Below the pieces are notes generated by a model. The model was given only the letters and a program-made list of their open reading frames with translations. It was not told the DNA's origin and made no database searches. A stretch of DNA of 64,000 nt from Eledone cirrhosa (taxonomy: Eukaryota): contig OZ024747.1 in assembly GCA_964016885.1 (NCBI GenBank), positions 92,194,001 to 92,258,000 of the forward strand, read 5' to 3'. Every line of letters starts with the position of its first letter. The first letter of the stretch is position 1. Below are positions 13,608 to 27,390 of the stretch, one piece after another. Both the position numbers and the translations under genes were made by a program.

Positions 13608-14560
13608 AATAATAATTTTTAATCTGTTGGAGACAAATCGGAAGTTTTGTATGCCAAAGATGTATTTTTTGTCAAATTCCTATTCCATAAATATTTTGCA
13701 TATCTTAGAATTTCAGGATTATGTATTGAGAATTTATAATTGATATTTGGACAAGAAAAACTTAGTTTAGCCTTTCCTAATGTCGAGTCAAACAGAACTA
13801 AACTACTAAATACAACTCATTTAATCAAACACTATGCCGTGTCTACCATTCCATTAATTCTCTGGAAAATAATATTATCACGATGATATAAATCGCCAGT
13901 TGAAAGCTATTATTTTTGTGTGTTAACTTAGGTTCAAATACGTTAATATTCACAGTGTATCACTATATATAACATGGGATAAATTTAAAAGTACCTTTAA
14001 AAACCCAATTGTTTAAGCGCCTGGTGTAGTTTTTATACATCTCAAATACTATGTGATAATTTCCTATCGTGAATATTAAGTCGACGTCATTTAGATGACG
14101 TCATAGAAAATGTAGACGCAATCATCTTTTATCACGTGTTATCAATATTTCGATGTTTCTTTTGGATTAAAAGGATTCAGTTATAATTGTTTACCAGCCA
14201 AGATATGAGATATACAAAAAGATAACAACTAAAAGGAACAAGCATTTAAATTTGATATCGAGCTTGAAACAATGATTTCTGAATTTCAAGTTTGGCATTT
14301 TAAAATCAAGATGAAAACTATTTTAGAAATGCTATTATGTTCTCTTATGATAATACTCTATTGCCGGATTTCTGCTTACTATGAGAAGGTAAAGAAAATA
14401 CAAAAGGAAATGGCTGTGTCTGGATTAATGTTAATTATATTTATCGTAGTAAATACATGTTCACTTGTGTTGCTAATCGCCAGTAACCAGATACAAAATA
14501 CACTGAGACAAACCACCCGGTCTAATACACAAAATCAATAATTACGTATATATATATATA

Positions 14561-14759
14561 GGACGATTTGTTATGTCTTCATTACGATTATTGAGTAGTG
14601 ACGCTCGTTTCGCTACTGATCAACTCAAAGTTCGATCTGTATCAATTTAACCCGACTCTGGAATCAAAAGCTCGATACAGATCGAAACTTAAGCTGATCC
14701 ATAGCGAAACATGCGTCACTACACAATAAACGCAATGAAGACATAACAAATCGTCCTTT

Positions 14760-14808
<49 letters not shown>

Positions 14809-15098
14809 ATTGGTGGATTGGCAGTATCGGTAGACGGTCGGACGCCATGCTTTCCAGCATAGTTACGTCCCTTTACGATCTGAGTTCAAATCCCGCCGAG
14901 GTTGACTTTGCCTTTCATCCTTACAGGGACGATTAAATAAAGTACCAGTAATGCACTGGGTATTTGCTGGCCTTGTGCCTAAAGTAGAAACAATTATTAT
15001 TATTACACTCAGCTTAGTATTGCACCTCTATACTTACTACAAGCTGCACATCGAGTGCTCGCTCTGGTGAACCTACAGTAACTGGACGTTACAATCCC
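14561..15098 (+). mobile_element. Fold-back element with a SINE nested in its tail
   Basis: Arms 14561-14643 and 14674-14757, then (ATT)n and a SINE (14810-14995). Tail 15005-15098 with CATCGAGTG. (TA)n at both ends. Confidence 0.7.
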
Positions 15099-15294
15099 TA
15101 TATATATATATACGAGGATCCCAAAAGCGATAACAGTAAGAACAGTAGATCACCCAAAATCCTAGCTTAGAAAATTGGGTGGAATACCCTTAGCGAGCTA
15201 TTATTTAAAGCGATGAATTATTGTTACCGTTATTGTGTTTGAGATTCCCACATTTTCAAATTATCAAATTCGCTCAGGGCTTCGATAATATATA

Positions 15295-15338
<44 letters not shown>

Positions 15339-15341
15339 GTA

Positions 15342-15384
<43 letters not shown>

Positions 15385-15416
15385 ATGTATGTGTGTGTGT
15401 GACTGTGTATGTATAT

Positions 15417-15478
<62 letters not shown>

Positions 15479-15529
15479 ATATATATGTATGTGTGTATAT
15501 ATATATATGTGTATATATATATATATATG

Positions 15530-15576
<47 letters not shown>

Positions 15577-16032
15577 ATATATATATATATATATATAAAT
15601 ATGTATGTGTATGTATACATAAATATATGTATGTGTATATATGTATATATATATATGTGTGTATGTGTATATATATATATATATGTGTATGTATGTATAT
15701 ATTTATACATTTATTTTATTTTACATTACTCCGGAATAACCAAACTAACCTGCGCACTTTATCGAGTGCTCCAATCTGCATACTAGGTGTTGGTAAACAA
15801 CCAACATATACTCAATATATATATATATACATATATATATATTTATATATATATATGCCTCGCTCAACACATATCACAATTTAAGCTTGTTTATCTATAC
15901 ACATATACACAGCTCAAGGTTCGATCTGTATCGATCCGGTCCGACTCCGGAATCAAAAGCTCACTGGACTTCTGTTACAGTAATGAAAGAGTGATTCCCT
16001 TACTTTGGTGAACCTACCGTTATAATCCCTAA

Positions 16033-16126
<94 letters not shown>

Positions 16127-16413
16127 TGTGTGTTAGTAAAGATTAAACAGAAATAACAAAGCAAATGACACAGAACAATGAAGAAATATATTAGTTTAAC
16201 GCTTCAATTATTATAGGAAAAATCCTAACGTTTCGAAGACTAAAAGATAGAATGAGAAATATAAGATGAAATTAAAAAAAAATAGAGAATAGTGGGGTAC
16301 GGAGAAAACAATTGAGAAGGAAACACACGTGCTTATTCAGTAAGTTATATAGTTGAATATAATCGAGGATGTGACACTTTGAAACGGTAGACTTGATACA
16401 ATCTTAACATATG

Positions 16414-16807
16414 TCCATTGAGCCTTCTATTGTTTACCTGTACAGCCACACACACAGACAGGCACACACAGACACACACATACACATACACACACACATA
16501 TGCACATTGAAGCTCCTATTCTTTACCTATACACACACGCGCGCACACACACACACCCACATGCTAATTGAAGCTCCTATTATTTACCTATACATTCACA
16601 CACACACATACACATACATCCTCATTGAAGCTTCTATACTTTACCTATACATAAACACACACACAGGCTCAGTGAAGCTTCTATTATGTTCCTATACATA
16701 CACACACACACACACACATACATGCTCAGTGAAGCTTCTATTATTTTCCTATACATCCACACACGCACACACATACACACTCATTAAGCCTTCTATTCTT
16801 TACCTAT

Positions 16808-16832
<25 letters not shown>
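16414..16832. repeat. Seven-unit minisatellite: ~30 bp core plus variable (CA)-rich spacer
   Basis: Core CTCATTGAAGCTTCTATT.TTTACCTATACA near 16414, 16503, 16564, 16621, 16668, 16725, 16780. Confidence 0.85.
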
Positions 16833-16838
<6 letters not shown>

Positions 16839-17440
16839 CACATCCTCGATTTTATTTAAAATATAATTTCTATTATAGGCACAAGGCCAGTAATTTTTTT
16901 TGAGGGGTGGGGGGTCGATTAAATCTACCCCAGTGCATTACTGGTACTTCATTTTATCGACTCCGTAAGGATGAAAGGCAAAGCTAACCCCTGCAGGATT
17001 TGAACTCAGAACATAAAGGGCCATAACTCTATTCTGCAAAGCATAGTGTCCAACTCTCAACCGATGCTGCCAATCCACCGCCCTTAGATTTTATTTAAAA
17101 TATAACAATCAAATCTACTTGAACCCCTAAATAATATCTTAAATAAAAGATATTTTAAATAAGGACGATCAGATTAGGTATGTCCTTTAGTCATAGGTCT
17201 GTATATTTGTTCATATATCTCTCTGCCCTTCTCCTACTCTCCTTGTTTCTCTTATTCTCCCTCTCACTCTCTTCCTATCCAACGCTCTCTTTTTCTTTCC
17301 CTATATTTCTCTCTCACAGTCTTTCTCCGTCTCTCTACGTAAGGCTCAAATTATCTCATATGAAACATGTTTCAGATATCTTACAAAATATCATTTATCA
17401 TCATTTATCATCATTATTTAAATAAAGTACGGTGGATAAA

Positions 17441-17890
17441 GGGCGGTGGATTGGCAGTATCGGTAGAGTGTCGGACGCCATGCTTTCCAGCATAGTTACG
17501 TCCCTTTACGATCTGAGTTCAAATCCCGCCGAGGTTGACTTTGCCTTTCATCCTTACGGGGTCGATAAAATAAAGTACCAGTAATGTACTGGATAATTGC
17601 TGGCTTTGTGCCTAAAGTAGAAACAATTATTTAAATAAAGTACCAGTAATACACTGGTAATTGCTGGTCTTGTGTCTAAAGTAGAAACAATTATTTAAAG
17701 CATAACGTCCGACCCAGTATCAGTAGAGAGTCGGACGTTACGCTTTGCAGCATAGAGTTATGGCCCTTGCCCTTCTGAGTTCAAATCTCACCGAAGTTAA
17801 CTTTGCCTTTCATCCTTACGGGGTCGATAAAATAAAGCATCAGTAATACTCAGGGGTTATTGCTGGCCTTGTGCCAAAAGTAGAAACAAT
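17441..17890 (+). mobile_element. Two SINE copies plus a duplicated 3' fragment
   Basis: Consensus at 17441-17628 and 17700-17890. Tail duplication at 17634-17692. Confidence 0.85.
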
Positions 17891-17899
17891 TATTTATTG

Positions 17900-18180
17900 C
17901 TCTTGCTCGATGGGACTGGGGTTCATCCTGATCTGGCGTTATCATGCGTAGACCAGCTTGCTGACGGCTCTGTGCCAACCCTACTGCGTCCTCTAAGGTG
18001 ACGTCGAGCATCAGGAGATCTTCCTTATTGACATCCATCTATCTGGTGCAAGGCCTGCCGCGGGGCCCCTTCCAGCTCACCGCAGCTACGTCAAACGAGA
18101 GTAAGACGCAAGTAGGATAATCTTGCCGGAGACGCAGGACATTTCCATACCAGCGCCCACAGCTTTTCGTTTGTAATTAT
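17900..18180 (-). mobile_element. Degenerate RTE-type LINE 3' fragment
   Basis: GPRGRP.TR.MDV.KEDL...LEDAVGLAQ.R. Confidence 0.6.
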
Positions 18181-20128
18181 AGAAATGGTAATTACTAATT
18201 ACATTGTTGTTTTCACTGGAGCCCTTCCGGAATTAACTTCATCTGTAGTTCTTAACTTTGCCATATTGCTGTTAATTCAGAAGATATGATCAAGGCCATT
18301 CCAGCTATGATCTTCCCGTTTTTTCTTCTTCAGACATCGTATATTTAGCACTATTATATTTCATTGGCATGGCTTAGTTATTTTGAGAGTTGGATTTGTA
18401 ATCGTGAGGTTGCGAGTTCAATTCTCAGACCGAGTGATGCGTTGTGACTTTGAGCAAGACATTTTATTTCAAGTTACTTTTTCTGCCAGGAGTTGCGACC
18501 GGTTGATAATATCAGCAATAGAAAGACCAATAGAAACATCGTTTCTTTGGTCCGATTTGACGAGGTCTACCCACTCAGCAAGCGAATGAGGTCTTGGATC
18601 TTGTCGATCGATCAGAGCGAGCGATATTCCATTTGTACTTTGTATTTTAAATTGAATATAATTCAACTTGTTCTAGGAATCAAGAGATCAGATAGTAGCT
18701 TCTGTTACTTTATTGCAATAGGCACCGGTTCATCTCAATACAAATCTTCGGCTTAGCTTATATAAACTCATGTATATATACTGAAACAACAGAAGCGTAA
18801 AATATGACGTAAAAACCAGGCAACTAGTTTCGATTTTGATTTGAAATAATTTCACTTTATTCAACATCACTGGCCTTCTGATAATCAGGAACGTCAGAAA
18901 GTTTATATATTCTCTTCTAAAGTAGTGTTTTTTAGAGTTATTAGATTTAAATAATTCAATAGGGCCATTCATGCCAAAACTAAAAACGACACACGCACAA
19001 GCAGATCCACACGAATAAATATAATTTTTTTTACATGAACAAATATGCTGGATATATACATATATTGGATACATATATATACATATATTGGATATACACA
19101 AACACCAAGTTTGACACGTCATCTTCTTATATTAATTTCGTCTTAAAAATCAAATTAAATATATTCAACTTACTCCAAACATATCTATCTTTTATAATTA
19201 TTCTATGAATACATGTAACGACTAGGTTTGAAAATAAATTAATTAGCATGCAATGATAAATTCTGTATCAATCTGCTTATATGAAATATGTTTAAAGTTA
19301 AAATAGTTTTCCATAATCTACGAAAGTCATTGGCTAAATTAATAGGATTATTTACAATTTTCTGGGTTATCTCAATCTTGCGAGATGCAATTCAAATTTC
19401 AGGACCAAATGAAAATTTCAAATGACAAGCTTAATGTTGGAGGACGTTTAATTTCCTGTTATCTTCAATAGCTTTACAAAACTAATTTTGTGTAATTCGA
19501 TCAGTTTGGAGAAAAAGATAAGGGTTTTTAAGGTGCTTGAAGCAATTTTTAGTGATAAATGTGAGCTGTAAAATAGTTTATAGATTGATTTCCATCCCCG
19601 ACTTACATCAATACTCCATTTGAAAAAGTCTTCGACTCCAGCACTCTGCTGCTTCTACTAAAGGTGGAATCAAAAATTATGAACATGTTCATAAATTTAG
19701 AGGCAATTATTTTACATACACATTGTACATTCCTGTTTCTAACTCTGTATATATTCCCTCAGTCAACGATCAGGTCTATATATAGTTACTCGCCAAATCC
19801 TATTTCAATCCAAAATGAAACGACTATATTGTACAATTTCAACTAGAATTGCTTACTTTGTTTAGAGATTATTACAGCCTGTCCTAGTATATTATCCATA
19901 CCTTATGAACTGTAAGTATAAATATTTAACATACCGATAAGGTAATACGGTAATGGAATCAATAATTTAATGTCAACTGTTAAATTTTGAAATTCGTTCA
20001 TCATTGAGTAATTCTTCCAATACATAAAGTACATTAGATTTTCCATTAAATGATTTCTAAGTTCATTGTATATTAAATGATTTCAAACTAGCGGGTTGTG
20101 TCTTTTTATCTTGTTCATTGGACTAGAA

Positions 20129-20445
20129 CAGAGGTGTGCAATATTCCATTGGTGGGCCACTTTTGATCCTTGGAACAACTATAAGGGCTATTAATATTTA
20201 TTAAGCACTATTCCAAACATTCACCACAACTCCTTTCCATAACATGGAACTCGGAAATTATAACACACATAACCCTATCAGTGAAGCCCTTTAGTATAGG
20301 TCAACTAACAGAAAATGGTATTACGGTTACGAAAGACATTCTAAATAAGCCTTCAAGGTAAACATTAAAAACAATCATCGCGGGCCACTCTGACTGGTCT
20401 GGCGGGCCGGACTTTGGCCAGCGGGCCTCCTGTTGCACGCCCCTG
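20129..20445. mobile_element. hAT-type MITE
   Basis: TIRs CAGAGGTGTGCAA / TTGCACGCCCCTG, subterminal GCGGGCC repeats, 8 bp TSD GACTAGAA/GACTAGAG. Confidence 0.8.
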
Positions 20446-21462
20446 GACTAGAGTGATGAATCTAAAACCAAAAACGTTTACAAAGTTATTAAAGTAATAT
20501 AACGTGGTTTCTTTCTAATATTAGCACAAGTGCAGAAATTTGTGGAAAAGAAATAAGGAGAAACTTAATTACATCGGCTCCAGTATTTTGCTGATACTAT
20601 ATTTCATTGACCTCCGGAAAAAGGACAAAATTGACCACAACGGGATTTGAACTAAGGAGAACAGTTCCGGAATAAACTCTCCTATAGATTAACTATGGAA
20701 AATAGTATATGCTAGCCAACAACCGTGAGTTGCTGAAGATAGATTTTATGTCTTTCCAGCATGTGGGTCAACGCAACAAAATTCATGTTGATGGATCGAA
20801 AGAAGACAATATCATTGATCATTAGTGAAGTGTAACATTATTATAAATATAAATTTATAGCTATTTTACGAAATTTATATTCTACTCCATAAAGAGCCTG
20901 CTAGAAATAACAGCCAACTCTGCTTCAACTCATGCCCTAATATCAGACCTGCCAACCTCTAAAAACCCAAACGGGGAGTACTATGAAAAGAAGTGCCCCA
21001 AAACGAGAAGAAAAGGGGCAAAATGGAGAGATTTTACATAATGAAAGCTATACCCATTTTCACGAGAGAAGACATCTCTCACCGACCCCAAAGTGGATGA
21101 GAGATGTCCCCGTCGGACGAGAAGAGTTTATAGGCCTGCAATATCATCAAAAACAAAGGAATGACAATCTGTTTAAAATACAGTCGAAGTGGTCATAGTT
21201 GGATGATGTTTACCATAGTCCTGATTATTCGGAACTCACAAAGAGCTAAACAAGAAACAGCATAAATTCATTTATATTAATTGCAATGTGGGCGCTAGCG
21301 TACTCAATTTAATAAGCAAAGAAATTTTAATTAATTAAAATTACACCGCATATTTATATAATTATAATTATATACATTTATTTTAATCTACTACCAGACG
21401 ATTTTGAGTAATTTTTTAGCAGATTATGAATGCTACAACAACCATTCCTCTCTCTCTTTCTT

Positions 21463-21533
<71 letters not shown>

Positions 21534-21662
21534 ATGTCTCTCTTTCTCTCACACACACACAAACAGAGAGAGAGATTCCACTCCTTCTCAACCTTCTTTT
21601 CATTTTCCTCTTCTTTGTTTTTTTTCTTCCTCATCTCCTCCTGATTCTGATTCTTCTTCTTC

Positions 21663-21703
<41 letters not shown>

Positions 21704-24200
21704 GTTCTTTGAGTCTCAGTCATTGATGTTAGTTAAACTGGAAAGTTTGTTGAAATGAATATCAAACCACTACCTGCAGCCTCAGATATTCAGGACGTAT
21801 CGGAGGGTTCTTGCTGTTCCCAGCAAGCATGCCTTTTGAAGCGTTCCAAAAAGCGTATGGGGCCAATTTTCTTTAACCATCCCTGGAAACTTTTTGAGAT
21901 AGTACCTAGTGCGCCTATGACAATCGGGACCACTTTGACTTCATGGCAGTTCCAAATCCTTTTTACCTCCCACTTTAAGTCCTGGTATCGGTTAATTTTC
22001 TCCCTCTCCTTCTCTTGCACTCTCGTGTCGAATGGGCAGGCCACATCCACAATCAGGCACGATCTTTTTTCATTGTCCAAAACCACCAGGTCAGGTCTAT
22101 TGTGTTCCAGTTTCTTGTCCGTCTGTATCCTAAAATCCCACAGCACCTTCACCTGATCGTTTTCTATCACCGACTCTGGCTTATGCTCATACCACTTCTC
22201 AGAATGTGGTAAATTGTTTACTTTGCATAGGTGCCAGTGGATCACCCTGCCCATCACATCATGTCTCCAGCCCTTATAGTGAGTCTGGGCTAGGTGTTTA
22301 CACTCGGATACAATGTGAGCCACATTCTCCTCTCTCTCTCCACAGATCCTGCACAGTGGGCTAGCCTCCTCCTTGTAAATATGGTGTTTCAACCACTTCG
22401 TTTTGAGGGCCTGCTCTTGTGCAGTCATTAGCATTCCTTCTGTAGCCTTTTTAAGGTCTCCTCTTTTCAACCAGTTCCATGTCTGTGGATCTCTGAATTC
22501 AGTTTTCTCAAAGAAGGTACTATGAAGGGATTTTTCATGAAGGCTGCTCTTTCTCCTTGTTGTTATTTCCTCCGGGGACATCCCCTGGTCTATTGTCCTC
22601 TCCTTCAGTACAATTCTGAGCATTGGCTCCTTATTATCAGTCACGTATTTGTGTAGGTTGTTTTTCTCCATCTGAACACAGTCCTCTATGCTGATAAGAC
22701 CTCTTCCACCTTCAGATCTCCTTAAGTAGAGTCTATCGACATGACTCCTCTTGTGGAACATGTTGTAGACAGTCAATAGCTTCCTAGTCTTCCTATCCAT
22801 TTCTTTTTGTTCAGCAACATTCCATCTCAGAATTCCCGCACTGTATCTAATAATAGACACAGCTCGGGAATTTACTGCACTTATGGCATTCCTACTGTTC
22901 AGATGTGACTTTAATACGCTCCTTACTCTCCGAATGTATTCAGATCTTATCAATTCCTTCATTTTTTTGTTCTTGGTGTCATCAGCCCCCAGAACACCCA
23001 AATACTTGTAGCCTTCTTCAGTGTCAATTTCCTTTATCATCTCACCTGTTGGTACCTTGATTCCGTTGCTTCTGCTCAATTTACCCCTCTTCATCACAAG
23101 GACTCCACACATACCAATACCAAATTGCATACATATATCATTGCTGAAAATACGGACAGTATCAACAAGCACATCAAACTCCTTCTCACTCTTCCCGAAG
23201 AGGTTAAGATCGTCCATGAAGAGGAGGTGATTGATGGTAAGCTCTCCCTTTCCCAACTTGTATCCTGCTCTCACTTTTCGCAGTATAATGGTCAGGGGCA
23301 TCAGGGCAAGGACAAACAACAGAGGGGACAGACTATCTCCCTGGAAGATACCTCTCTTGATCGTCACGGCTCCCAAGGATTCTCCAGCTGATGTTAACTC
23401 TGTTTTCCAGGACTTCATACTTTTGCCCAACAACTGTCTGATGTTATCTGCCACCTTGAAGATCTCTAGGCTTTTGGTGATCCAAGAATGAGGCACCATG
23501 TCAAATGCCTTTTTGTAGTCTATCCATCCCATGGCAAGACCAGTGTGTCTCCTCTTGCAATTCCTCATTACCATCTTATCAATAAGTAACTGGTCCTTTG
23601 TACCATGGGACTTCTTTCGGCATCCTTTCTGTTCGTCCGCTAACAAGTTGTTTGTGTGGAGGTGATGGTAGATTTCCTCAGACATAATGCTTGTCAACAG
23701 TTTCCACATTACGGACAGACAGGTGATAGGTCTATAGTTGGTAACATCATTACCCTTGATTCGGTCTTTCAATACCAGAACTGTGGTACCTTTTGTCAAC
23801 CACTCTGGTACCTCACCTGACATGGTTGTCAGTTTCGGGTGGAGGGATGTTATATTTTTAATCCAATACCCCTGCACACCATCTGGGCCTGGTGATTTCC
23901 AGTTGGTTAGTTTTTTGGCCTGCCCCTTAAGAGTTTCAACTGTGATACTCAAATCAGTTTGTTGGTGTGCCTGTTCACTAATCTCCTTTTGTACTGTCTC
24001 AATCCACACTGCCTGGTCATTATGTTTAACATCCTGCTCCCATATTCCTCTCCAGAATGTCTTAGTTTGCTCCGCCTCAGGGATCAAGTCGTTGCCTTTT
24101 TCTTTCCCTTCAAGCTGTCCAAACAGCATCTTCTGGTTGTTGTCAAACATGCGGTTTGTCAAACATTGACGATGTCGGTTTCCCGCCATTACTGGTGCCT
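21663..24200 (-). mobile_element. R4/Dong-like element ending in (TAA)n
   Basis: Stop at 21790, ~85 nt 3' UTR, then (AAT)n at 21663-21703 on the coding strand. Dong-family elements are known to target TAA repeats. Confidence 0.75.
21790..24189 (-). CDS. Non-LTR retrotransposon ORF, R4/Dong-like: RT + CCHC knuckle + restriction-like endonuclease, 5'-truncated
   Basis: KSPGPDG, NYRPITCL, WIDYKKAFD, GIFQGDSLSP, LLFMDD, CRICG..E...HIVSEC, RHD, RPDLVVLD...IVDVACPFD..EK..RY. Confidence 0.92.
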   Translation of the reverse strand: MAGNRHRQCLTNRMFDNNQKMLFGQLEGKEKGNDLIPEAEQTKTFWRGIWEQDVKHNDQAVWIETVQKEISEQAHQQTDLSITVETLKGQAKKLTNWKSPGPDGVQGYWIKNITSLHPKLTTMSGEVPEWLTKGTTVLVLKDRIKGNDVTNYRPITCLSVMWKLLTSIMSEEIYHHLHTNNLLADEQKGCRKKSHGTKDQLLIDKMVMRNCKRRHTGLAMGWIDYKKAFDMVPHSWITKSLEIFKVADNIRQLLGKSMKSWKTELTSAGESLGAVTIKRGIFQGDSLSPLLFVLALMPLTIILRKVRAGYKLGKGELTINHLLFMDDLNLFGKSEKEFDVLVDTVRIFSNDICMQFGIGMCGVLVMKRGKLSRSNGIKVPTGEMIKEIDTEEGYKYLGVLGADDTKNKKMKELIRSEYIRRVRSVLKSHLNSRNAISAVNSRAVSIIRYSAGILRWNVAEQKEMDRKTRKLLTVYNMFHKRSHVDRLYLRRSEGGRGLISIEDCVQMEKNNLHKYVTDNKEPMLRIVLKERTIDQGMSPEEITTRRKSSLHEKSLHSTFFEKTEFRDPQTWNWLKRGDLKKATEGMLMTAQEQALKTKWLKHHIYKEEASPLCRICGEREENVAHIVSECKHLAQTHYKGWRHDVMGRVIHWHLCKVNNLPHSEKWYEHKPESVIENDQVKVLWDFRIQTDKKLEHNRPDLVVLDNEKRSCLIVDVACPFDTRVQEKEREKINRYQDLKWEVKRIWNCHEVKVVPIVIGALGTISKSFQGWLKKIGPIRFLERFKRHACWEQQEPSDTS

Positions 24201-26801
24201 ATCAGCTTCGACCACTGTGTCCAGCTGGCTGCCAAACAAGATAGCCATTTTCAGATCAAGGGCTTAAACCAGCCGTATTCAGTCAGAATACTCTCACTGC
24301 TTTCTGTTCGAACCGGCTGTAACTGGCTACCCATACCGATGTTAAGGTATTGTTCTCAACATAAATAATATAAAAATCTCATAGATACAATATTATGTGA
24401 GATAATTATGTGAGGTAAAGCCGTTACAATGAAAATATAATAGTGTATATAGAGTAATGTAAATGCTAAAGGGTTAAGCCACATTTTGAGACACGTTTTC
24501 CGGAACAAACCTGAGCATCACCACTTATAACATAGAGGACCGTAAGATAACTAAATACCGGGCCTTGACTGAACGTTTTTCATTTTTTGTTCCTTCGGTC
24601 TGGTCTGTGGACTGTCCTCTACTTCCGCAAATTTAGAAGGAGGGCATCCCACCTAAAGAAGGGATTACCGTGAGATGGAATAACTAATGAAATCGATATC
24701 ACAGGCTATTCTCTACGGCAATGCTTTCCGGCGTCTTATCCACGAGGCAATGCATGGACAAGAAAGCTGAGTTTACTCCCGTTCCCTTTCTAACACCCCC
24801 TACTTACTCTTTCACTCTTTTACCTGTTCCAGCCATCCGGCCGAGGCGATGCTGGGGCACCACCCTTGTTTATTTTATTTTTTCTCTTTTCTTGTTCATA
24901 AATGTATTCAACTGAATATGATATTTTGAATCAATAATGTTTTTATAGATTTTGAGTAACTTGCCAGATTAATTAAATCAGATATTTGTAAAGGACGTTT
25001 TTTTTTATTATTTAGTCAGTTCTAAACTATTCGATAGTGAATATTTGTGTTAACAAGTTAACTTTCTTTTAACATTTTCACCTGCTTGAGCTAACACGTT
25101 TAGAGGTCTCCACACTCTGGTGCTAGCCATGTATAACTTATTTGTTGGAGTAAAACACTACTAGTATTTGTATCAGTTAAAAAGGCGATGGATTGGCAGT
25201 ATCGGTAGAGGGTCGGACGTCATGCTTTGCAGCATAGAGTTACGGCCCTTTATGACCTGAGTTCAAATCCCGCCGAGGTTAACTTTGCCTTTCATCCTTA
25301 TGAGGTTGATAAAATAAAGTACCAGTCACGCACTGGGATCTATGTAATCGACTTTCCCCTCCCCCAAAATTGCTGGCCTTGTGCCTATATAAGAAATCAG
25401 TATTTGTATCAGTTTTATTCATTTTTGTTCTTGATAAAACAAGCTTTATGGTGTAGCCTGTATGTCAGACTTGTCAATTCTCCCCACCCGACGGGGAGAT
25501 CTCCCACACTCTTTGGTGTGGGTGAGAGATGCCTTCTCTTGTGAAAATGGGTATAGCTTTCATTATGTAAAAATCTCCCCATATTGTCTCATTTCTCCCC
25601 GTTTTGGGGCCCTTTTTTTCATGGCACTTCCCGTTTCGGTTTGTAGTGGTTGGCAGGTCTGATATGTAGTTGGTCAATTTGCTAGCCTACTGGACATACA
25701 AATCAAATCTCCAGGCTGAAACTATACCCTACTTTCTCAAAAGAGAAAGGATATATTGGATAACATAGTCCCAATGCTTGAAACTAACGCAGGATTGAAC
25801 ACCATACACTAGTTAACTGTTAAGCATTATTTGAATGGATTGGCAGCTGTATCGGTAGAGGGTCGGACGCCATGCTTTGCAGCATAGAGTTACGTCCATT
25901 TACTGTCTGAGTTCAAATCCCACCGAGGTTAGCTTTGTCTTTCATCATTACGGGGTCGATAAAATAAAGTACCAGTAATGCACTGTGATAATTGATGGCC
26001 TTGTGTCAAATATAGAAACAATTATTTAAATCCCATCACTATTATACATCATATCGATGTTAACACAACCGTTTACATATCCTATCCCTCTTCTTACATA
26101 TCCCAATCTCTCTTTTTTCTCTTGTTCTCTCTCCCGTTCATGTCTTCATCTTTTTTGTATTCTCAGAATTAGTATTTGTAGGAGTAATTTTGATCTATTC
26201 GTTCATTCTCTCTTCACTTTTATTCATACATTTTCGTTTGCCTGCATCATTTTATGCATTCTATTTTCTATATTACACATTTTTCACTTTCTCCGCCGCC
26301 CCCTTTTCTCTACTTTTTTCTCTCTGCCTCTTCTTTTTTCTCTCTTTCTCTTTTGTTCTCCCTACTTTGGTGATGTTTATCTTCAATTTCATTCATCTTT
26401 ATCTCTCAGCTTGTAAGGGTTCTTGCTTGAATTACGTCAACGAGTTAATATCTAAGTAATTATCTTTATTTTTCTCTTATATTTAATTACTACACTTTGC
26501 TAATTTCGATTGCGAAATAATTGTGTTTATTCTCAACTTTTTAAATCATTTTAAGTCAGCAGAAAAAATATTTCTAATTTAATTAGTAATGTTATGTTTT
26601 TGTGAATTTCATTACTTCTGTCTCTATTTTCTCTTTTACATTTCTCAAAATGAAATACTAATATTAACAACTTCTTTGTATTATGAATGTTTTTCTATAT
26701 ATTTTTCTCTGTGTTAATGTTTGTTTTGTTTTTATGTACGCTTATATGTATGTATAATTATGTATATTTCCTTCTATGTATAGTTACATATGTGTATGTA
26801 A

Positions 26802-26917
<116 letters not shown>

Positions 26918-27084
26918 CTACGTTTATGTATGCATGCTTATGTGTGTTTATGTTTTATTTACATGGCTCTGTGGGTAACAAGTTCGCTTCGCACAACATC
27001 TTGGGTCGGCCCAAGTCCTGGGTGAAATAGGATGGACGGAATCTATGATCAAACACGGTCGAATGTAATTTATAGATAATTCAA

Positions 27085-27390
27085 TAGTCCATTCCAACTA
27101 CTTGATCGATATGGTAATCAAAACTGTCCCTCGTTCTCCCTACAGTCTAGATTCAGCCCCATGCAATTTCTGGGTGTTCCTGAAGCTAAAGGAGATGCTC
27201 AGGGATATCCACTTTAAGGATGTAGAGGAGAGGAAGGAGGCTGTGACAAGCGCCCGGGACACATCCACTTTGGAGGACTACAAGGGGACCTTCCAGAAGT
27301 AGCTGCAGCGCTAACACAAGTGCACTGAAGGGGACTAGAATTTTGTGCTAATCTGATAAAAATCTCAAATCTCTTGAATGTACCTCGTAC
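27085..27390 (+). pseudogene. Mariner transposase C-terminal remnant
   Basis: IKTVPRSPYSLDSAPCNFWVFLKLKEMLR..F matches HPPYSPDLAPCDF.LF.KLK. Stops follow. Confidence 0.8.

Noticed and set aside
16414-16832. CRISPR-like repeat-spacer array
   Set aside because: Spacers are CA microsatellite, repeats are degenerate, there are no cas genes, and the context is eukaryotic.
21663-21790. Dong-like LINE as mobilising partner of the main SINE
   Set aside because: No shared 3' sequence seen, and the tails have opposite polarity, (AAT)n versus (ATT)n.
21755-24368. Plus-strand ORFs overlapping the LINE
   Set aside because: Antisense shadows of the RT ORF.
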